41,352 bases of DNA from NCBI GenBank assembly GCA_038108555.1, contig JAYNIA010000017.1, positions 1 to 41,352 of the forward strand, given 5' to 3'. The first letter of the stretch is position 1; every line of letters starts with the position of its first letter. This document shows, one piece after another, positions 9,668-18,539 of this stretch. The notes under the pieces are model-generated. The model had not been told where the DNA came from. It ran no database searches and worked only from the letters and a program-made list of their open reading frames with translations. This stretch comes from Nitrospinota bacterium (lineage in GTDB: Bacteria > Nitrospinota > Nitrospinia > Nitrospinales > VA-1). A program made the position numbers and the translations under genes.

Positions 9668-10746
9668 GGTTTTGCCTCCACCATCAAATCATCTCCCAGT
9701 TGAGTGGTATTCAAAATTTTTAAACGCAATGCCTTGGATATTTTATCAATCCCGGTTCCTCCAATGGGACCCGGTGCTTCTTTTCCACCGATCAACATAG
9801 GGCATACAAAAGCAAAAACCCTGTCGACAATCCCTTCTGAAAACAAGCTACTGTTTAATTCACTTCCTCCTTCGACCAGAATTGATGTCAGGTTTCTTTT
9901 CGCCAGCATTTTCATTAAGTGTTTCAGGTTAAACCCTGCCCTTCCTGTTTTTCCTTTTAGGGTTTCTATATTTTTAGCAGTTAATGATTTCTCTCTTTTT
10001 TCTGAAAGTCCGGGACCCGAGACATAAATCACTTTTTGAACCCTGCTGTTAGCAAAAACCTTTGCTTTAAGCGGAATTCTATTTTTCCTGTCCAAAACAA
10101 TTCTTACAGGATGGCTGCCCCTTTTCCCACCCAAACGGCAAGTTAATTTCGGGTCGTCTTGAAGGATGGTCTTTGTTCCCACGAGAATAGCATCATTCCG
10201 ATTTCGTAATTCATGGACGAACTTTCGTGATTTCTCTCCCGATATCCATTGTGAATCTCCTTTTCGTGTAGCAATTTTGCCATCGAAAGACATAGCCGTT
10301 TTTACTGTTACAAATGGCATTCCAGTTTCAATCACTTTGACGAAAACCTCATTTAGTTTTTCACAATCCTTTTTCATCATGCCCACTGAAACTTTAATTC
10401 CAGCAGATCGTAATAATCGGACACCTTTTCCGCTTACCAGTTTGTTCGGATCTTTCATACCCGCAAATACCCGGCTCACCCCCGAGCGGATGATGGTATC
10501 AGTACAGGGGGGAGTGCGACCGGTATGACAACAAGGCTCAAGATTAACGTAAAGGTCTGCACCTTTTGCCTTGTTTCCTGCTTTTCTCAGAGCAACTACC
10601 TCCGCATGCGGTCCTCCAGCATAAGGATGAAAACCTTCAGCAATAACTCGATTATTCTTTACCACCACAGCTCCCACCATGGGGTTGGGAGAGGTTCTTC
10701 CCTTACGAGCCAATTCCAAAGCTCTGAGCATAAATGGGTTATTCAT
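9652..10746 (-). CDS. ribD: Bifunctional riboflavin deaminase/reductase RibD
   Basis: PNPMVG, HAE, LEPCCH.GRTPPC, DGKIAT and VEGG motifs. Confidence 0.96.
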   Translation of the reverse strand: MNNPFMLRALELARKGRTSPNPMVGAVVVKNNRVIAEGFHPYAGGPHAEVVALRKAGNKAKGADLYVNLEPCCHTGRTPPCTDTIIRSGVSRVFAGMKDPNKLVSGKGVRLLRSAGIKVSVGMMKKDCEKLNEVFVKVIETGMPFVTVKTAMSFDGKIATRKGDSQWISGEKSRKFVHELRNRNDAILVGTKTILQDDPKLTCRLGGKRGSHPVRIVLDRKNRIPLKAKVFANSRVQKVIYVSGPGLSEKREKSLTAKNIETLKGKTGRAGFNLKHLMKMLAKRNLTSILVEGGSELNSSLFSEGIVDRVFAFVCPMLIGGKEAPGPIGGTGIDKISKALRLKILNTTQLGDDLMVEAKPCSVE

Positions 10747-10772
10747 AATTTGGGAGACTAACTCGAAAATTT

Positions 10773-11588
10773 TTATCGGTTGCGACGAAGCACATCCACC
10801 ATATGTTTCCGAACGCTTCCACGCTGATAAACAATTTCAATTCTACGATTGGTGGCCCTGGCTTGCGGACTATCATTGGGAACTTTTGGACGATATTGTG
10901 CAAAACCTTCGATAGACAATTGGGTGGGTGGGAAACCTGCCTCCACTAATTCCCGGGCGACTTCAGCAGCACGGGCTGCAGATAACTCCCAGTTGGAGGG
11001 AAACTGTTCGGTTTTGATAGGAACATTATCGGTATGGCCTTCGATTTTCACATCGTAATTGAACTGCTGCAATAAATCGAAAACCTGTTTGATAATATTG
11101 TTACCGGCAGGAGTCATTCGGGATTTACCGGCTGGGAATAAAACGGTATCAGAAAGAGTAATGATTGCACCTCTTTCATCCGAGGAAACATCCACCTGCC
11201 CTGCCAGTTTGTTTTTAAATACGAATTCTTCCACTTCCGAGGCGATTTCTTCCACCTCTTTGGCGACCATCGCACCAACTTCATCGACCGCATGAATGGT
11301 ACTTTCATCCAACACTTGTTCTTTGATTACATCCAGGCCTTCCCGTATTCCTGACTCGGGAATTTTTTCCTGCCCCAAAGCATCTCGAAGTGAAGCCTTG
11401 ATTTGCTTCCATTTGTTTTCCTCAATGGAACCCATTGCAAACAGGAGAATGAAAAAAACCATAAGAAGGGTAACGAGGTCAGCAAAAGTCATTACCCATG
11501 CAGGTGCCCCCTCGGGACACTCGTGTTCCTCCTCCTCTTCCTCTTCTTCTGCTTTTTTCTTTTCTTTTTTAGCTTCTTTTTCGGCCAT
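10773..11588 (-). CDS. motB: Flagellar stator protein MotB/PomB
   Basis: TM segment WVMTFADLVTLLMVFFILL with the conserved Asp; OmpA-like domain (GHTD, NWELSAARA, NRRIEI). Confidence 0.95.
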   Translation of the reverse strand: MAEKEAKKEKKKAEEEEEEEEHECPEGAPAWVMTFADLVTLLMVFFILLFAMGSIEENKWKQIKASLRDALGQEKIPESGIREGLDVIKEQVLDESTIHAVDEVGAMVAKEVEEIASEVEEFVFKNKLAGQVDVSSDERGAIITLSDTVLFPAGKSRMTPAGNNIIKQVFDLLQQFNYDVKIEGHTDNVPIKTEQFPSNWELSAARAAEVARELVEAGFPPTQLSIEGFAQYRPKVPNDSPQARATNRRIEIVYQRGSVRKHMVDVLRRNR

Positions 11589-11594
11589 GGCTAA

Positions 11595-12396
11595 TTATTT
11601 TTTCTTTCCGCCTTTTTTGTCTTTTCCGTCCCCTTTCTTATCTTTTTTACCATGATAGGTATCGAGATAGTTTTCCAATACATCCTGCATGAACCTAAGA
11701 TTCACACCTTTTCGAATATACCCGATACCCTCCAGAATAAGTTGCATTTCAAGGGACTCTGTTGCACTTCTACGTTTCAGTTTAACAGTCATGGGAATAA
11801 AAATCAGGTTGGCAACCACCGCACCATAAAATGTTGTGATCAGTGCGATTGCCATTTTGGGACCAACGGTACTAACATCCGACAAATCCGAAAGCATCTG
11901 AATCAGACCGATCAAGGTTCCAACCATTCCAAATGCCGGGGCAAATGCGCCCATCTGATTGAATATTTCCCAACCATCCTTGTGTGCATTCTGTAACTGC
12001 TTCACTTCCCTTTTCAAAAGGGCATTTACTGTTGCCTCATCTTTTCCGTCTACCGTCAGTTCCAAACCTTTTTTAAGAAAGTCGTTGTCTATTTCCTTGA
12101 GCTTGGACTCGATGGCCAGCACGCCCCCTTTTCGCGCCACATTACAAATTCCCACCATGCTTTCAATAAGCTTGTACTGGTCACTTTGTTTGACCATAAA
12201 AACTCGCATGAACAACCCCATCACCTTCATCACCTCGTTGATGGGAAAAGCAATCAGGGTTGCTGCAAGAGTCCCCCCAATTACGATCATGGCGGAAGGA
12301 ATGTTTATGAACAGATCCAGACCACTGTTCATTAAAATTGAGGCGAGAACGAGTCCCACACCAGCAATTACACCTATTAAGGGAGGCTAAATCCAT
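11595..12396 (-). CDS. motA: Flagellar stator protein MotA/PomA, with a 1-nt frameshift near 12381 (intact ORF 11595-12359)
   Basis: MotA motifs IV.GGT, ARKGGVLAIE, APAFGMVGTLIGLI.ML and ALITTFYG. The canonical start MDLAS at ATG 12396 is out of frame by one base with LIGVIAGVGLV; deleting one base near 12381 gives a 266-aa protein. Confidence 0.9.
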
Positions 12397-12400
12397 TTCT

Positions 12401-13762
12401 TTAAGACGGTTGCTTTATTTTGATGACCCCTGAAATAGGATCAACGTTATGAAATTTTAAAATTTTATCCAGTGTTTCTTTATCCAACACCGTTCCTTTT
12501 CTTAAAAGGTTGATTCCGGATGCAGAAATTATATCTACTGCCAACTCCATTCCTTCAGTTAGTGCAAATACAGAACACTCCATGGTCGGTACTTCTTCCG
12601 TTTGACCCATTTGAGCTACGTAATCCTGCAAGGTTCGCATCACCAACTCATCAAAAATCATCCCCGTTTTTTCATCCATCTTAGCAAGGATTTCTTCGTT
12701 GGAGAGGTTCGGGTTGGCCATCTTATTATGATCGAAATAACTTGCGGCGGAGATTATTCGAGAGCCCATGGGAATACGATCTCCATACATACCATCCGGT
12801 GAACCAGTGCCATCAACATTTTCATGCAGATGCCGGATTATTTCCGCAACCATTTCAAAACCCGGAAACTCTTTTAAAAGCATCTCACCTACCAGGGGAT
12901 GATTGGTTTTAGGTTTGTCTCTTATATCATCGAGCTGCTCGTCGTTTGTTGCTTCTTTTCTCTTCTCAACGGTAGGCATAGCCACAATGCCCAACTCATG
13001 GAGTCGTGCGGCTGATTTAACGTTCCTGATTTGATAATCCGTCAGGCCCATTTTTTCTGCGATATAAACCGCAGCTTCGGTAACTCTTTCAGAATGGCCG
13101 CGATGTTCGGTCTGATGCAGTTCAATGATGGTCGCCAGTAAACCTTCTGTAGAATCAAATCGGCTGGCCAGTTCATCAACCATTGAAGAAATTTGCTGGT
13201 TTTTATTCTCCAACTGATCATTTAACTCTGTCATTTCCTTCAGGCTGGCACCCAGACGTCTTTTATCATTTCGCAACTCTTCATTTAAGGCCGCCAACTT
13301 TTGGTGAAACTGCTTTAATTGACCCAAAGAAGCTTCCAACTGTTTATTTTTTTCAAAAACCGCATCATTCAAGTGGGCCACTCGCATAACGAAATTGACT
13401 ACAAATAGCAATTCGCCTTTTTTAAGTGGTTTGGATAAATAGGCATCTGCCCCGGTTTCACTTGCTTTGATTGCATTGTCCTGCTCGGAATCATAAGCCG
13501 ACATGAGGATAACTGCCGACTGCAATTTTAATTCACGTACCTTCTGGCAAACTTCGAATCCATCCATTCCAGGCATATGAATATCGCAAAGAATAATGTC
13601 AGGTTGAACTTCCCGCATCATTTTCAACCCTTCTTCACCTGTACTCGCTTGAAAAACTTCGAGAACCTGGGGGCCAAATGATTTACTCAGTATCTGTTTT
13701 ACTATCATCTGCAAAGTGCGGTCGTCATCGATACTGAGGAATTTTTTAGCGTGCTTGTTCAT
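12401..13762 (-). CDS. Response regulator: REC, coiled coil, degenerate HD-GYP domain
   Basis: Intact receiver motifs (DDD, D.HMPGMDG, SA, KP). HD-GYP-like region has HSERV, LHELG, HP.VG, LHE..DGTGSPDG and IPMGSRII. Confidence 0.88.
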   Translation of the reverse strand: MNKHAKKFLSIDDDRTLQMIVKQILSKSFGPQVLEVFQASTGEEGLKMMREVQPDIILCDIHMPGMDGFEVCQKVRELKLQSAVILMSAYDSEQDNAIKASETGADAYLSKPLKKGELLFVVNFVMRVAHLNDAVFEKNKQLEASLGQLKQFHQKLAALNEELRNDKRRLGASLKEMTELNDQLENKNQQISSMVDELASRFDSTEGLLATIIELHQTEHRGHSERVTEAAVYIAEKMGLTDYQIRNVKSAARLHELGIVAMPTVEKRKEATNDEQLDDIRDKPKTNHPLVGEMLLKEFPGFEMVAEIIRHLHENVDGTGSPDGMYGDRIPMGSRIISAASYFDHNKMANPNLSNEEILAKMDEKTGMIFDELVMRTLQDYVAQMGQTEEVPTMECSVFALTEGMELAVDIISASGINLLRKGTVLDKETLDKILKFHNVDPISGVIKIKQPS

Positions 13763-13985
13763 GAATAAAACCTCTTATATTCCAGAAAATCCTGACATTA
13801 ATTCGAAAAATGACAATTTTAACCCATTTTTACAAAAAATACTCAAAAATGCCCCCTTAATAGTTCATTAAAGGCCGCCGACTCATGCTTATCGGAACTA
13901 TTCTAATAGTTAACCTATTGAAAATAAAATTGTTTTTATAATTCTTTTATGAATCGGCCAAGGAGGTTTATATTAACAGTTCCTG

Positions 13986-16376
13986 TCAATCCTCAGCCTC
14001 AATTTCTGTAAAACGAGGACCGGAGACACAGCGGAGGCCCACCGCCAAATACCTTTCGGAAGGATCAAAAGAGTTTCGGAAAAAACATTTAGCATGAACC
14101 AGATAATTCATCCAAGAACCTCCTCTGACAATTCTTTGGGTCGAATGTTTTGAAGCATTCCATTGCATGCACCATTCCCACACATTTCCAGCCATATCAA
14201 AACATCCGTAAGGAGACATTCCAGGTTCCATCTCAGTTACTGAACTGGTTTTGCATTCCATAAAATCACAGGTATTGGCAAACCCTTTTTCATATCCCAT
14301 CGCTTCTCCCCAAGGGTATACCCTGCCATCCGTTCCTCTCGCTGCTTTTTCCCATTCTTTTTCGGTGGGCAAACGCATTCCCAGCCAAAGAGAAAAAATA
14401 ACAGATTCAAAATAATTAATACCAATGACCGGTTGATCTTCCTCCCAGGAGTAGGAAGGGAATCTCAATTTAAATTGCGGGTCAAACTGCATATACAACG
14501 CATTGGTTACAGGAAACTTCATGATGGCAAATTCTTTCATATCGATTTGATCTTCCTCATCCTCCTCTTCCTGATAAATAAACTTGCCTTTGGGCACGGT
14601 CACCATTTCTCCATGTTTTTTGATTCGGGAAAGAGTGACCTGATTTCCATCTTTGGATTCATTAAAAAACGCCTGCAAACATTCAAGTTTCCGGATGGGC
14701 GCAAAATCATAATTATCCAGCAGATCATGAAGATTCAATCCGTTTTTAAACAGAACCAGCTCGAAAACACTGAACAAAATACGGCTATCCCGGTGTTCAC
14801 GTAATAACAACCTATCCAACAGGGCTTGCAGATAATCCTCATCATTAGTTTTCCAGACATCTTGCACTCGGACCAGTCGACAAGGTTTGAATTGCGGAAG
14901 AGCTTCATTACACTGATACTTGAGCAACTGGCGTATGAGCAGGTTTTGCCCTTCAGGGAGTTCTTTAACTTCCGCCAGCGAGTTGCCCGCCAACATAACC
15001 GCTCCTTCTTCGATGAAAACATCGAAGAGGTCTTTTCCGCATACCAGTCCAGCTAAAATTTTAAAGGCTTCATGCCATTTTTCGTTCCCACAATTTTCTC
15101 TGACTGTATTTTCCCACTCCGGCATTTTAGCAATGTGCCGTGCGGCGAAATATTCCTGATAGGAAGGATGGCAAAATTCCCAGCGACGAGGGGTTTGTTG
15201 AATAATCCCTTTCCAACGAGCAGAAATTTCATCCTCTTGTATCAATAAATCAAATTTATTCTTATCAATTACTGATTTTTCGTAACCCGGTTCCTCCTTT
15301 TGGAAACGCTGGATCTTTCCAACCAGCATTTGCTGGAAGGAAATTTCTGCTAATTGGCCCAACCCTTTTTCCAATTCCCCTTCTTCAATCTCCGGACTCT
15401 GATTCAATACCAATTGCTTAAACCATTGCTCATAGATTTCAGCCCTGTTTTCCAGCCCTTCCAGTTTTTCATTATCGGAAAGGCTTCGTATCATTTTCAG
15501 TAAAATAGGTGTCAGGGTTAGTTCTGGTGTATAAGCCGCAAGCTCCTTGATGATATTGTTTTTGGAAGCATCGCCAAGGTAAACACTGGTCTCTTCAGGT
15601 GATAGAGGCTGGAAAGCCATTTGAAATGCGGCCCCCTCTCCCCGCTTAACCACAGCATCAGTTGCCAATGCCCCAAACTCAAATTTTCGGCTTGCCAACA
15701 GGACAAAGTTACTTTTAAACGCGTTGTCTTCTAAAAAAGAATCCACAAAAAATCGAAACCTGTCTTGAGGATGCAATTGATCAAAGCCATCGAGCAAAAA
15801 CATGAATTTGCTTTGATTGAAGATAGAGCCTAAAGTACCCCGTAGAAGATCCTCTTCCAGAATCAGATCCGGGTTTTCTTCTTTTTCTAGAAGGATCACA
15901 CTGACAATTTCATCCTGAACAGTTTCGATGAAACTTTGAAATCCTCCACCTTCCGGTACATTGCCCAAATGGAAATAAACAGGAAGTGAATAAATTTGAT
16001 GGGGAGGTGCATCAAGAAGCTCTTCAAGATACCGCATCAGGAATGTTGTTTTTCCCATTCCGGAATCCGCATCCAACATAAACTTCAAACTATTTATGTC
16101 GAGCAATTTTTCATTGATATGGCGGGGAGCGGGAAAAACAATTTCAAGAAGGCTTTGCCGATGGCTGATTGGGTTGGTATCTAACAGGACCCGAGGTATC
16201 AGAGTTTTGTTCCTTCTCCCCTTCCCCAGGTTTTCGTTCAACCACATCGTCACCTTGTTCAGCTGGTGTTTGCGGTAGGTTTCAATGACCCATTCTATTG
16301 ATTCTTCCGGTCTTTCCGGGGCAACAGGTAAATTTTCACCCTCTGGCGAGGGAACCAGTCCTTCTATATCATCCAT
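13986..16376 (-). CDS. NACHT-type STAND NTPase with C-terminal FGE-sulfatase (SUMF1) domain
   Basis: Walker A ADSGMGKTT, Walker B FLLDGFDQ, sensor-1 LLASR, P.LL, and winged-helix motif FCHPSYQEYFAAR. C-terminal FGE motifs FPVTN, RLPTEKEWEKAARG.DGR.YPWG, SPYG.FDMAGNVWEW, RGGSW and GLRC. Start is ATG 16376 or TTG 16382. Confidence 0.88.
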   Translation of the reverse strand: MDDIEGLVPSPEGENLPVAPERPEESIEWVIETYRKHQLNKVTMWLNENLGKGRRNKTLIPRVLLDTNPISHRQSLLEIVFPAPRHINEKLLDINSLKFMLDADSGMGKTTFLMRYLEELLDAPPHQIYSLPVYFHLGNVPEGGGFQSFIETVQDEIVSVILLEKEENPDLILEEDLLRGTLGSIFNQSKFMFLLDGFDQLHPQDRFRFFVDSFLEDNAFKSNFVLLASRKFEFGALATDAVVKRGEGAAFQMAFQPLSPEETSVYLGDASKNNIIKELAAYTPELTLTPILLKMIRSLSDNEKLEGLENRAEIYEQWFKQLVLNQSPEIEEGELEKGLGQLAEISFQQMLVGKIQRFQKEEPGYEKSVIDKNKFDLLIQEDEISARWKGIIQQTPRRWEFCHPSYQEYFAARHIAKMPEWENTVRENCGNEKWHEAFKILAGLVCGKDLFDVFIEEGAVMLAGNSLAEVKELPEGQNLLIRQLLKYQCNEALPQFKPCRLVRVQDVWKTNDEDYLQALLDRLLLREHRDSRILFSVFELVLFKNGLNLHDLLDNYDFAPIRKLECLQAFFNESKDGNQVTLSRIKKHGEMVTVPKGKFIYQEEEDEEDQIDMKEFAIMKFPVTNALYMQFDPQFKLRFPSYSWEEDQPVIGINYFESVIFSLWLGMRLPTEKEWEKAARGTDGRVYPWGEAMGYEKGFANTCDFMECKTSSVTEMEPGMSPYGCFDMAGNVWEWCMQWNASKHSTQRIVRGGSWMNYLVHAKCFFRNSFDPSERYLAVGLRCVSGPRFTEIEAED

Positions 16377-16484
16377 ATTCAAACTATTTTATTCGCTTAT
16401 ATAATAACGGAGATTGTCAAATGCAATTTCCGCCCTTAAAATAACCCGCATTTTTAATACTATCATATTGCATTAAAGCAGCCG

Positions 16485-17126
16485 ATGATTCCCCTGAAAG
16501 ACGAAAACCCCACCCGCAACTTCCCGTTTCTAACGTTGCTTTTTATTGTCATTAATATGGCAGTTTTTATTTATGGGGTCAATTTACCTGTCCATCCCAG
16601 CGTACTTTATGCAGATTACGCTTTGGTCCCCTCTGAACTACTCAATAATCCTTTATCCGTTTATCCTACAGTTTATACATCCATGTTTCTTCATGCAGGT
16701 ATCTGGCATCTTGGTGGAAACATGCTGTACCTTTGGATTTTCGGAAACAATATTGAAGATGTATTGGGGAAATTCCGTTTCGTTTTATTTTATTTTGTCT
16801 GTGGGACCCTGGCTGCCCTGGGTCATATCGCCACGGATATGGATTCCCAGATACCCATGGTCGGCGCAAGTGGTGCTATTTCCGGCATACTGGGCGCTTA
16901 TTTGATTTTATTTCCCTTTGCGAAGATAAGGACGTTTATCTTTCTGGGATTTTTCTGGACCATCACCCGTATCCCTGCAATTGTTTTGTTATTGATCTGG
17001 GTCATGCTACAAATCTGGAACAGTGCTGCTTCTCAAACTGGGGGCGTCGCCTGGTTTGCTCATATAGGAGGTTTCGTCGCCGGACTTCTTCTTATCCTGC
17101 CTTTTAAAAATTTTGCAAAACATTAG
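16485..17126 (+). CDS. Rhomboid family intramembrane serine protease
   Basis: MIPLKDENP start, SMFLH..WHL.GNM.YLWIFG.NIED, catalytic GASG and AHIGGF. Confidence 0.95.
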   Translation: MIPLKDENPTRNFPFLTLLFIVINMAVFIYGVNLPVHPSVLYADYALVPSELLNNPLSVYPTVYTSMFLHAGIWHLGGNMLYLWIFGNNIEDVLGKFRFVLFYFVCGTLAALGHIATDMDSQIPMVGASGAISGILGAYLILFPFAKIRTFIFLGFFWTITRIPAIVLLLIWVMLQIWNSAASQTGGVAWFAHIGGFVAGLLLILPFKNFAKH

Positions 17127-17134
17127 CTCGTTTT

Positions 17135-18409
17135 TTAATTTTCTTCCGTCAACAACCCCAATAACTTCATCCGCACAAGATTCAAAGCAGTTTGCGCCAC
17201 CCGCTCCTTATTTTTTATCCGGTCATGGGTATATATATATTTCCGGCACCAGGTGTTTTCTCCATCACTGACAGCAATAAAAGTTAAACCCACCGGTTTC
17301 TCCGGAGTCCCTCCTGTGGGCCCCGCTATCCCGGTGACGGAAACCCCAATATCCGCTCCGGTAACTTTGCAAACTCCCTTTGCCATTGCACGAGCCACCG
17401 GCTCACTGACCGCTCCATGTGCCTCCAATTTTTTTTCTTCGACTCCCAAGCGGGAAACCTTGGCCTCATTACTATAAACAACAAAACCTTCCTTATAATA
17501 ATTGGAGCTTCCTGATATTTGGGTTAAGCGATGTCCAATCAACCCGCCTGTGCAGGACTCGGCAGTAGCCAGAGTCATAGATTTTTCCATAAGCAATTCA
17601 CCAACTTTGGCTTCAAGGCATTCTTCATCTTTCCCATAAATGTATTTATCAATTGATTCTCGCAGTGACTGCTCAACCTCATCAAGTTTCGCTTCACCTT
17701 TATCCTTGTTTTTTTCCAAACAGGAAATTCGAATCCTCACCCCCAAGTGAGATGGAAGGGAAGCTATCGTTGCTTTTTTCTGCAATTCATCCAGAGGGCC
17801 AACGGTTTCCCACAAGCTGGCTTCAGATATTCCAGTCGTTTTCAAAATGCGCTGGCAAAAAGCCTGGGTCGAGCGTTCTTTTAACTCGGGAACAATGTAT
17901 TGCTCGAACAGATTTTTCATTTCGTGAGGAACACCGGGAAGACAGAATAAAGCATGTTCATTCCTTTCAAACCTGAAACCGGGTGCAGTCCCCATCTCGT
18001 TATAAAAAACCTGGCAGTTGTCAGGAACCTGGGATTGTGATTTCACACTTTCAGGAATTTCCCGATTCCTTTTTCTAAAAATCTCCTTCAACATCGTTTC
18101 CACTTTTTCATCTTGCCGCAAATTGGAACCGAAAACTTTTGTTACAACCGATTTGGTAATATCATCGTGAGTTCCCCCCAACCCTCCTGTAAGGATTATC
18201 CAATCAGAACGCTGAAGCGCTTTTTCAATTTCATCTTCAATCACAGAAAAATTATCACCAATTTTTGTAATACAGGAAACGGACAATCCAAGTTCAAAGA
18301 TTCGCTGCGCCAGGTATTTGGAGTTCGTATCGACAATCAACCCACTGATGACTTCATCGCCAATGACAATTATTTCTGCCTGCCCCGATTCTGAACTCCC
18401 AAAACCCAT
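17135..18409 (-). CDS. cinA: Competence/damage-inducible protein CinA (MoCF-like domain plus NMN deamidase PncC domain)
   Basis: GDE..SG..DTN, TGGLG.T.DD.T, GTAPG and LPGVP.EM; C-terminal AESCTGG, YSN.AK, GAVS and TGIAGP.GG. Start placed at ATG 18409 behind AAGGGG. Confidence 0.93.
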   Translation of the reverse strand: MGFGSSESGQAEIIVIGDEVISGLIVDTNSKYLAQRIFELGLSVSCITKIGDNFSVIEDEIEKALQRSDWIILTGGLGGTHDDITKSVVTKVFGSNLRQDEKVETMLKEIFRKRNREIPESVKSQSQVPDNCQVFYNEMGTAPGFRFERNEHALFCLPGVPHEMKNLFEQYIVPELKERSTQAFCQRILKTTGISEASLWETVGPLDELQKKATIASLPSHLGVRIRISCLEKNKDKGEAKLDEVEQSLRESIDKYIYGKDEECLEAKVGELLMEKSMTLATAESCTGGLIGHRLTQISGSSNYYKEGFVVYSNEAKVSRLGVEEKKLEAHGAVSEPVARAMAKGVCKVTGADIGVSVTGIAGPTGGTPEKPVGLTFIAVSDGENTWCRKYIYTHDRIKNKERVAQTALNLVRMKLLGLLTEEN

Positions 18410-18514
18410 GACGATCCCCTTCAATTTAGTATCCTGTGATTTTACGCTTTCAATGGATCGGATTCTAGAAAAATAGGATGATTACCAGTTGCAAATTCCA
18501 AAACCCCATTTCCC

Positions 18515-18523
18515 TGTTACAAT
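18515..18523 (+). promoter_or_regulatory. Extended -10 element (TGtTACAAT) upstream of the TPR-MFS genes
   Basis: TGn plus TACAAT at 18515-18523, with TTCCAA 16 nt upstream of the hexamer. This implies the TPR gene starts downstream of the ORF-track TTG. Confidence 0.4.
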
Positions 18524-18539
18524 AATGCAACCAAAAGTG

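Noticed and set aside
10690..10720. RibD N-terminus ARKGRTSPNP looks about 2 aa shorter than usual
   Set aside because: In frame, in a variable loop, and all catalytic motifs are intact; not evidence of decay.
10747..10772. FMN riboswitch upstream of the rib genes
   Set aside because: The gap is only 26 nt and has no RFN consensus.
12181..12396. 71-aa ORF MDLASLNRCNCW as an independent gene
   Set aside because: It is the out-of-frame continuation of the true motA start.
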